Source: Asterias rubens
Taxonomy: Eukaryota
Direction of reading: 5' to 3'
Length of the DNA: 64,000 nucleotides
Assembly: GCF_902459465.1 (NCBI RefSeq)
Contig: NC_047076.1
Coordinates: forward strand, 2,852,001-2,916,000
A model generated the notes under the pieces. The model made no database searches and was not told the DNA's origin. It saw nothing but the letters and a program-made list of their open reading frames with translations. A program made the translations under genes and the position numbers. This document shows positions 11,576 through 22,000 of this stretch, in pieces. Positions within the stretch are counted from its first letter, which is position 1, and each line of letters starts with the position of its first letter.

Positions 11576-14089
11576 TTAATGCCATGCAGTTTTATGCAAT
11601 TACCAGATAAGGTTGTTCCATTAAAAAGTAAACGTTAAACACCATACCCTTCCAAAAAAATTCTCAATTAATCCATCTTCCTAAATATCTTATCTCTTTG
11701 GGACAGCATCTTGCTCAACGTCTTGCATCTAACACACCCTAATCGCGGATGCAGCATTTCACAACAGAGAAAAAGAAGAAAAAAAATGAACCTTTCCCAG
11801 AGAGACTTATTGAACACTCAGTCGCGTAACAACGACACTATGAAATCCACACTCGAGCTTGAGAAATGAAAATCTAGCAACATTCTGACCAAAAAAAATC
11901 TTGCATAATCAAGCCTCGTATTATGTTACAATTCCATTCCTTCGTTTCGTCCGGGGGGCTTTCTGGACGCGCATAATGGGTACACTGTCTTATTGTCCCA
12001 CTTTGTCAATGTCTCAAGGGGTTTAACAAGTCTTTAAAGAGACCCAAATTAGCGGAGTGATTTTCTCGCCGCGGTGCAACCTCAGATTTACTTTAAGTCA
12101 GGGTGACTTCATATAAAAGACAAAAACAGATTAAACTGTTTTAATTGCATAGGTTATTAATAGTGCCGGTTTTCATAACATCTAAATTGTGACTTTATGG
12201 TAAAGTACCTATAGCAATGTGTTTTAATCTCTGTTCGCCGTTTTAAATCTCTGTCATCTTGTGTCTGTTTCCTTACCCATCCTGTTATTGATGAAGTTTG
12301 CGCTGTTGGATGTGGCTGAAACAAAACAATGAAGTAGATCGAAATGAAACATTAAGCACCCCCCCCCCCCCGCGGTACAAGACGCGTGCGCAATATTATG
12401 ACATTACTTTTAGCAGTTATTTTCAGTAACGTTTTTTGGCTTGGTTTTGTTCTTCGAATTACATGACATACAGAAACCAAGACACAGTTTTTTGTTGCAT
12501 TTTAGTCAGTGTGGACATTCCCTTGTTCTTTACACTTCAAGAAAATCCCATTCTTCAACACTGTAAAATACAAAAGAAAAAAAATGTCCTAAAATGTCCA
12601 CATAGTGTTGCAAGATGTGGACTTCTTTTGTTCTCATCAGGTCCACCCATCGTATTAGCGTTATAAAACCTTGCCGTATGCTATGGCTATAATCCACAGA
12701 CAATTGGAAACAATGAAGGAACGCGACATTTATTCTCTCCTATATTATTCTTTTCTAAAATACTAAATCTAAATACTAAATACTTTCTCTATCGTTAATA
12801 CGTGCACTTAGACCGCACTGCACAGCTAGACATCCGGGATAATTGAACAATATCAAGTATCAAGCCAGTAAGTGCAGTTTCACTTAACTGAGTTCATTGG
12901 CAAAATGTCAGCATATTCTTGAGATGTTTTTCAAGAAGAAGGCCTTACATCTTTAAGACGGGATTAGCCATTGTGTAAGACACCCTCTTATCAGCTTCAA
13001 CCGCTTTTAAACCCTTCGAGATAAACACTCACCTTTTATCAGTACGTCGGCTCGCTCGCGCAAGCAGTCTATACTCCCGCGGTTTATTTTTTTGCCAATA
13101 CTGTATCTTGTATCGTTTCGGTTGTAGTCCTTTATTTAATTCATCTCAATAAAAGAGATGGGAAGATTGTCCCATCTATATTAGGAATGTAGCCTCGTGC
13201 GACAATGATGTGACATGGGATGTCCCGTTCGGGGAAAACAGAAATAAGAAAACGAGGAGGAGGTTGTGAGCGACTTCTTGTGGAGGAGAGATTGTGTGAT
13301 TTTCTTTGGAGAGCAAACAGTGGCGAAGGAATTGAGCAACAGCAGCAACTGAATTATTTTGTAAGTATTCACGGTTAACGTTCACCAATGATATTAAGCG
13401 TTGATATTAATGTGTGGATATTAGCTATTTCAGTGTTGGATTTATTGGGTGGGGTCTGAGCCGATCGTAAATTTGAAACTGAATTAGTTTGTAAGTATTT
13501 GTTGTGTTCACCAATTATTTTGATATGTTTAGATATTCTTTTTTAATTTACGAATATATTATAGGTATTTTGGTATAAGATTTTACTCTGTGAGTGAACT
13601 TAGTAAAAAACTTGTTTGTGAATTTGAAACTGAATTATTAGTAAGTGTTGAATGTGTTCACCAATTATATTTTAATAAGTTGTGATATTTTTAAAATATG
13701 TGCGAACATATAGTTTTTCAGTATAAAATTTTACTCTCTGAGTAAAATTAGTAGAAAATATACTCTTATTGTAAGGGATCCGAACGTGAATTTGAAACAA
13801 ACTGTATGAATCAAAGTGTGTGAAATACACAGCGAACGTGAAGCGTATTGTGTGTGGGGTAAAAATAGGCATTTGTTTGTTTTCAAAGACAGTTCCGTAT
13901 GTTCTACCGTCCCTCTCATAACAGCCATGTACTTTCTGTTACATTTCAAATCGGCAGTCACACTGAAAACCATCTGCAGCTGAAAACACAATATAGGCCT
14001 ATATCATTTTAGCAACTATTTCGTCTGATGTCACAGATCGGTCGAAGAAATATTACTCTTGGTCAAACCTACAATCTCATAATTATACA

Positions 14090-14400
14090 TAATTTATGAC
14101 CAGACAAATTCATGCTCTCGTCACTGAACTGAGTATAATTGTTTCTCTTTTCTGTTAAGATTTTGTGAATTGCTATAGCTCCAATCTCGTCATGGATAAA
14201 GATCCATTATGAACAGTCTTATTCATGCTTTCTGAACCTACATTTTGTTTTCTCTTTTTACCAAGATTTTGTGAATTGTTAACTCCAATCTCGTCATGAA
14301 TTTACATAATTTATGAACAGTCGAACTCATGCTTTCTAAGTGACATATTTTGTCTCTCGTTTGAACAAGATTTTGTGAAGAAACTCCAACCTCATCATGG
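14090..14400 (+). repeat. About 100-bp tandem triplication containing splice acceptor plus ATG of bursicon-beta-like 2
   Basis: Unit aag-attttgtgaa...ctccaa(t/c)ctc(g/a)tc-ATG, with ATG at 14192, 14296 and 14397. Confidence 0.8.
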
Positions 14401-15993
14401 ACTATACCAGAACTAGACCCTTCCTCATCATCAGCTTTCTCCAATGTCTTCTGGTAGTAGTCACCGCCCAGCCCCAACCCCAATCACTGGGTCTTCGACG
14501 GGGTGGGGACCCGGCCTGGCGTGGTCGGCCCGGACGCTGCGTGTTAACGTTTCAGGATATCGAAGTGCAGCGTCAGGTTGAGTTGCTGACCGGGGAAAGG
14601 GCGGTTTGTTACGGCACCGTTACGGCGTCGGCTTGCGAAGGGGAGTGTATGTCATCCTCGCTCTCTACTCTTCATAGTGCAACCGGTTTTATCAAGGTAA
14701 AACAAAGAGGCAATTTATTAAGTTGCATTGAAGCTAATTGAAGGGTTAACACGTAACATGACGAATGCGTCTTGTACTTAACTCTTAACATTAATAAGGA
14801 AACGATAGTTATGTTTTTATTAACAAGTATTCTTATTAAGTTCATTTTTGTTTTAGGTCAATACTAATCCATATTATGTTGGTTTTGAATGCATTCAAGA
14901 GAATTTGCATGAGTGTTAGCCTACACTAATACATAATGGGTACGTTTTTTTTAGCACAACAATAATCATATCCAAGCTGCGACGAACACTTCAGTTGCGT
15001 CTGTATTTTAGAATTTGGTCTTTGAAAAGTGTTTTGTAATCGTTTGTTATAAAATGCATATGGTTAGAAAGCTGATTTAAAAGTAGAATATAATGAGCCA
15101 CACACGTTTGCTTCGAAATTGCGTGGTTTTCCTTTTACTTTGCGAACTAACACGGTCGGTCATTATTTTATAGTAAAAAAATTTGACTCCCATAAATGGC
15201 CGACCGTGTTAGTCGACGAGGTAAAAAGAAAACCACGCAATTTCGAGTGATACTTGTGTGGATCATTATATTCTACTTTTAAAATATCTTTCTAATGCAT
15301 TTTATAACAAACGGTCAGGCCTACAAACGCTTTTCAAAGACCAACTCGACCGATCCAAGGCAACGTGTTCCTATAAAAGAAAGTAAATCATATTCATTTT
15401 GGTTTTACCCGTTAATGAATATTCAGTATCCCCGATGCTAAACGTAAAGTAAAGTAAATCACACGACAACAATTATTATTGCAAACTACTACAAAACAAC
15501 ATCAAGTTCCAATCATCATTTTTCTTGTGTGGGCACAGCTTGTTTTTTCTGCTCTAATTATGACGATTCGCCCATCCAGAAATCCCAATAGGTAGACAAA
15601 AATAGCAGTAGTGGGTGTTACATAATTTGAAAACACGTGTACAAGTCAATGCAGTCGATCCAACTGTGTGGGTTAACATTATTGAGTGACTCGGGACACC
15701 TACAATACATAACAACCAGTCATTGATGATTCCACGTCTGTAACACCTGCTTGTCCACCTTGCCTACGCGCTCATTTTAAAATATCTCACTTTTTATTTA
15801 TTTCCATCGTCCCCTGACACCTCTTTCCCGCCAGAACTGCACCTGTTGTCGTGAGACCCAGATGACGTCACATACCGTAGTCTTGTCTCCGTGCTTCGAT
15901 GTGGACAGCGGCGATTTGATGGCGGGAGCGGAGTTTGTGGAAGAGTTCCAACAGCCGTCGGGTTGTGACTGTCAAACATGTACTATTTCATAG
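14397..15993 (+). CDS. Bursicon-beta-like cystine-knot hormone, paralog 2; join(14397..14696, 15835..15993); 152 aa
   Basis: Signal peptide (FLIISFLQCLLVVVTA), then C-x22-C-x8-CEGEC...TGFIK and donor AAG|gtaaaa at 14696/14697. Acceptor ctctttcccgccag| at 15834/15835, then NCTCCRETQMTSHTVVLSPCFDVDSGDLMAGAEFVEEFQQPSGCDCQTCTIS-TAG. 11 Cys in the mature domain; same intron position and phase as paralog 1. Confidence 0.88.
15015..15373. mobile_element. Fold-back MITE family D (5' end eroded), in intron of bursicon-beta-like 2
   Basis: Homologous to 7887-8270 and 53795-54175. Confidence 0.8.
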
Positions 15994-16128
15994 AGGGCGG
16001 TTTCATTAGCGGCTACAGCTACGGCTACGGCTAGATTTCCTCGTCATCGTGCATTGAAGTATATGACACCCTTAGCAACACCCTTAGCAACATTCGAAGC
16101 CGTAGCCACCAGTTTGGATACGGCTTAC
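15994..16128. mobile_element. Small hairpin MITE (gcggctacagctacggctag family), directly after the stop codon
   Basis: Shares cggctacag(c/t)tacggctag and gaagccgtagcc...gatacggc termini with elements at 37081 and about 53140. Confidence 0.55.
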
Positions 16129-16717
16129 GCCCGGACGCTGCTGCATAATGCATTTGTGTCCGCCCGGCTACATTTGCATATGCAGTTTGTGTCCGCCCCG
16201 TGCAAAACCGTCCTTGCAGTAAATTAAACGCCCTTGCTCGACGAAACACGTTCGCCATATGATTTTTTACAAGCTATTGTACATGATGTTCAGCCGTTGG
16301 GTGATCGCTGCAATCATAAAATACGTGAATATTCATACTGCAAAACATGTAGGTAGGTTTAGTGCATGCACGCTCGCTAACGCGCGCCCATACAGTCATG
16401 TACATGTCCTCCGGACGGTTTTTGCATAGCCCCGGACACGATTGTATATGCAAAAGTGCCGGAGCGGACAGTATTTTATGGCGGACACAATTGAATCTGA
16501 CACCTATTAAGGCATACATTTTGATCTTCACTATACAACTTGCCCAATTTCAAAAAGCCTATAAGCACACTTGCTTAATGCCGAACACACAGCTCTTGCT
16601 TATCAAAACTAGGTTACCAGGCTGGAAACCAAACAGTTACAATTGCTTCGACTGGGTACCACACTCATTTCATGCTTAGCATATTTTTCTGCTTAACAGA
16701 ATTATGACAGTGGGCCC

Positions 16718-16880
16718 CCGAGTACGATTTCATAGAGCTGCGCACGGAATGTCGCTAAACACGCTTGCCAGAATGATTTTACCAGTGTGTAAAATCTGCG
16801 ACTGGCATTGAGCTCATTATTATTGCTTAGCAGAACATTGTCAAGCAATATTTTCTGCCTGAGCAGCTCTATGAAATTGG
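16718..16880. mobile_element. Harbinger-like MITE family E (degenerate)
   Basis: atttcatagagctg ... agcagctctatgaaattggg terminal inverted repeats; the window also begins with the same terminus (1-20). Confidence 0.55.
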
Positions 16881-17159
16881 GACGTTGTCCTTATTTAAAT
16901 AAATAAACACAAATTCAACATTTGTTTTTTTGTTGCTCTTTCCGTTTTAATGTTTCAAGTTAAAAGTTCAACAGTTCAACTTGACAAAGTGTTCTTGTCG
17001 TAGCAGCATTTAATGATGAGGGAATAGTAAGTTATATAAAGGTGGTTTCTGGCAACAAAAATCATGGTTTCATAATTCAATATGTTTATGAAAGTATTAC
17101 ATTATAAAATAAATTATTCCCTTTAAACTATTTTGGACACTGGTTTGGTTATAAGCGTA

Positions 17160-17447
17160 AAGGCACGGAACACGTTTGGTAATAATATTACTTGAATCAT
17201 GTACACATGTATTAGTATAACAATAATTACTTGGTGACGAGCAACGGTGGGCTGTGACTACCTCTGCTGAAGTAACTCAATTTCTCACTGAAAAAAAATC
17301 GAATCTGAATGAGGAAGACTTCAAGACTGAAGCCTTTCTCGGGCATCTTAAAGCACACAATTTCACTGATTTCTTTTAAGCACATGTTGAGATACACAAA
17401 ATGAGAATGCTATAGTCTTTGACAATTACCAAACATGTCCAGTGCCT
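17160..17447 (-). mobile_element. Older Kolobok-like MITE (family A relative)
   Basis: AGGCACGGAACACGTTTGGTAAT...ATTACCAAACATGTCCAGTGCCT termini. Confidence 0.6.
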
Positions 17448-18099
17448 TTTAAAGAAAGGGAAAACAAATTCAAAGATAAAGTTCATTGCAAAAACCTGGA
17501 TGTTAAAATTGACACCATGGGTGTTTTTATCGAAGAGAGAATCAAAATTACCATCAGATGGTGTTATAAATTAAAATAACACAATTTTTTTTATTTTTGT
17601 TTAACAAATTGTTATTTTAACAATCTTTGTTTTTCATGTTGATTTCTCTTAGGTTTTGGACAATGTTATACAAATAATTGATCAGAAATATGATACTCTT
17701 TTATGAAAGTCAAAACATCATTGTTTATAACATTAAAACATGTTGTCAATTGTATGTCGGTGTGGCAGGAGGCGATGGTCGACATTTTGTGTGATAGCGC
17801 CCTCATGGCTCAAATTCATCCAGCCCATGTTAATTTATCGTATGGGGGCATGGAGAGACAGATACACTGGGGTTGGGTATCCCCTGCCACACCGGATATT
17901 ATAAATACGAACAAAGAGTTTGGTCCATAAATGTTATGGAAGTCAACAAACATTGTCATTCTTCTTGTGTTGCTCTTTCTTTCGAACCATTGGTGTGCTG
18001 TGTGACAAAATGCAACTTGTTTTTCTTCTGGGTTTTTTCAACTGGTTTTGTTCAGAGCCGCTATTGTAGGCATGGAATCAATCTATCCATCCGGCTGGC

Positions 18100-18370
18100 C
18101 TGAAAATGTAATATTGACTGACTCGTACAGAGTGAAAAGTGCTTGTACCAAATTAAAAGTACTTGAACTTACTAAAACAGAAAGTCGGACCGACTGACTG
18201 AAATGAACTCGTATTGCCTTAAAAGGGTACTTGTACCCAGTGAAAAGTACTCATACTTAACCGACTGAAAAGTACTTGACTTACTAAAACAGTTTACTCA
18301 AACTGATTGCAAATTACTTGTACACGTACATGTACTAATACTAAAACAGGTACTCTTGCTGAAATGTCAA
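18100..18370. repeat. Degenerate minisatellite
   Basis: Recurrent aaaagtacttga(a)cttactaaaacag and ccgactga blocks. Confidence 0.5.
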
Positions 18371-19070
18371 CACAAAACATTATTTCAGGTGATACAAATA
18401 GATCCATTTTAAACAATAAACCCTTTTGTATGAATTGTCCTGTTGTTTATGACTGTCTGAAGCCAAATTCGTTGATAAAGACACTGTGTTATTACGGTTT
18501 ATGGCTTCAGTGGTTCTCATTGAGCGTAGCCAGAGGCAATGGTTATTTATTTGCTTAGCAAGTTGGATCTGCTGAGCACAATCTAGCCAGAAACCAGTCA
18601 AAAACAGTATATATTACGTAATCCATATTAAGCTAGTAAGAATCCGGCCAGGGTTAGCCAAAGTGTGCTTAATGCACCGCTCAAATACTGCTTAGCTACT
18701 ATATCATTCTTGCTTACCCGTACAATTATGCACTAAAAAATCTGAGGTCTATGCCATATTCCCTTTCTCATAGCAATGTTCTGCGCAATTTCTTTCAGTA
18801 TCACGCCCCAACATCATAGGTAAGGGAAAAAAATCATTAACAAAAAATTCAAATTATTTTGATTTCTTAGAATTACATTCCCTGATGCTTGTGAATTTCT
18901 TGTACTAAAATTTTAAAATCTCTTATGCTCTGAGCTGAAAAGAAGATTACTTTTTATACATAATACTAAATTGATTTTAGTTGAAGATTATTTGGACCCT
19001 TACAGGGACAGTTGAACACTAGAATACTCTCTGATTAGCCTTACAGTTAAGAGGTCACACTGGTACAGTC

Positions 19071-22000
19071 TCAAATGGCGTACTTCTTCTTGCCGTTGTC
19101 ATTGATAATACAGATGTGCTGTAAATAAAAAATAGGGAGAACAAAATTCAGAAATGCACTAATTACAAGAGGACACAAGAGGGGGCTACTTACACTTAAT
19201 GGAAGTTAAACTAATTTCACATGTACTGGATGTGTACAACAAAACATGAACTGATCTGGTTCCAGGTTTGATTTGCTGCATAACGCATATTGCGCCAGAG
19301 AACCTTGTAAACCAATACATGGTGCTATGTAAAGGAATTGGTCTCATATTTCAAAAAAATAGCTCCACAATACCTTGCACAAAATAACTTACTGAAATAA
19401 TGAGCGCTATACAAGAAGCCGCTATTATTGTTATTTCTTTTAACCCCCTCCTATTCTTGGTATCATTTTCCAGGGAGTTGGCCAACCAACTGAAACAATT
19501 TATAGGCACAGCCTGTGTATGGCGGCAGAAATGTGCACAGAACAAACTAATGAGGCTGGCATATTTTATCCATAATTCAAAATCACAGGGGATTATATTA
19601 AATGGTCAGGCAGTAGGAGGGTTGACTTTGTACTTTGCAGATGGGCAATTCCGAGCAAACATGGCCATTACACCAAAAAATCACAAGTTTCTTTCCACTT
19701 AGAAGTTATAGCTAACATATGAAACCAATTTATTTTTAGTTGTTGACACGGAATGAACCCAATATTGCCAAATAAGAACTCAGCTTGGGCTCCATGTAGG
19801 CGTGGCTTAATTGACTGGAAAGCAGTATGCGACTGACCGTAATGTGACTGACCATGGTTTTGCCATGTATACCTAAAAGTTCAAGTTGCTGACCATTTAT
19901 AAGTATCCTGTTGGATACTCATGTATAAGAGTTGTTTGTTACATAATAGTAACACTTTTGCAAGCTTTTGGGGTTGAGGAAATTTTTGAATTATGAACAG
20001 TTTTTTTTTTTACCATGTCATTTTATGTAATGCGACTGACCGCTTTTTACAACGTTATAACATCCAGAGCACAAAGCCTACAACATTTCTAATATCATCA
20101 GTTCAAAGCCTTGGGTGTCAAGTACAAATCAGTCTATAAACTTAGTGGTAAGAATATCTAACATAGAACTTCTAGCACCAAGATCAAGAAATGACACAAA
20201 AAAGTGTAATGCGACTGACCATGGAATTGCCCAGATGCATTCAACCTATGATACTATTTCAGATTGCCAAAGTTTCATTGAAAGGCGGATTAAAAAAGGC
20301 AAAGAAAAAGTCATCAAAATTGACACTTACACTGAGATCTCTGAAGTACTCATTGTAATCTAAAGCATAACCGACCACAAACTTGTCTGGAACTTCAAAA
20401 CCAATGTCTGCAAAAACCAGATCATGAAATGTCAGATTATCACAAGTGACAAACAAAAAAAGGAGAGGTTATAATAAAAATTAAAATTTATTTAAACTGC
20501 GCCAATTCCAGGCAAACCTGTTCAAAGGCGCATGACAATGAATGATAAAAATATTAAACCATTTAACCATCTAGGAAGTATACAATAAAATATAAAAATA
20601 CACAGTGTTTAAAATGCAGAGAACCCTAATAATTACAAAAAGAGATGACCAAAATTAAAGGATGTATCTTCCACTAGGAGCCTGGTTAGTAGAGCAGAAT
20701 GTACTACCGTCCAACCTGTTTACAAGGCGTAAAATGCCTTGCTCAAGGACCAAGCTTTGCCAAGTTCCCTTCTTGGGAAGATCATTTAAACAACCAACAA
20801 ACAAAAGCCCGAGTTGAAACCAACATTCATAAATACCTAAGACAGTTTCGCTATTCCTATTGGTGGAGAGTGCGTCACGTGGGGGTGTTTAAACCTTTGA
20901 TAATGACCAGTAAAAAGTGTTGAAACATAGGCGTGACACGTGAGCTTGCACCTGTGCTTATAAGACAGTTTCGTCATTCCTAATGGTCAAGAGCAACGGC
21001 TGGAACAGTTGTACCACATCACGCGATACGCGCGACGCGCACAGCATTCCCTTATAAGGAGTTGTTTACCCGAGGGCCTTACCATTTCATAGCTGGAGGG
21101 GTGTTGTGTTGAAAGAAATTATTGAACAATTATAATTTTTGCTTTTATTTTATTTTTTGACAAAAAGTGTTTTGACCGAAAAGGTATTTATGAATGGGAA
21201 TCAAAGTGTGTTGAATCGGTTTTCAACTAGTGGTTTAAACCCACCGAGGCCTGCTTCTTGATAATTTACCTCAACTTCGTCTCGGTAAAATTATCAAGAA
21301 CCAGGCCTCAGCGGGATTTAACCACTACTTGAAAACCTCTTCACCACACATTGACTCCCTTAGTTCTTTTCAGATCCACCCAAACTGATTTAGAGATTAT
21401 CATTACATGGTGTTACCGCATACCTTTCTATATCATATTTCCACCATGCAAAATTTCAAATCCTACTGAAACAATAGCCTGTTCAGTTAGATACTTACAA
21501 TCCGGACGGTAACCCACACTCCTGGGTGTCCTCTTGACTAGGAGGCTGGCAACTTTAACACTCGATGGGTTATGTTCAGCAATCAGCTTTAGCAGCCTCT
21601 TCATGGTATTACCAGTATCAACAATATCCTACACGTAATGAAGAGAGAGATTCTTAAATCATTGACGTTGTCCGAACTATAGTCTAGCCTGTCCAACTGT
21701 AGTACTAGTCTAGAGTACAGACCTAACTTTGGCTGGGTAAATCCCAACTGTAGTTGGACAGTTCCAACTTGGGTTTGACATTCCCAACAGGGCTCATTTT
21801 AATGTACAGAAATTGAGAAAGTTACTTAACATGAGACTGATACTTTAATACAGGTAGCTTTGTCATTTTCCCCATTTGAAATAGTAATAGTACATACAGA
21901 TCCCAGATATACAGATGATCTGAGGTACATTGTCGCAGTCTTTAATACCTTCTATCAGTCTGGGCAATAAATATTACACCAGTTTGAAATTATAGCAGAC

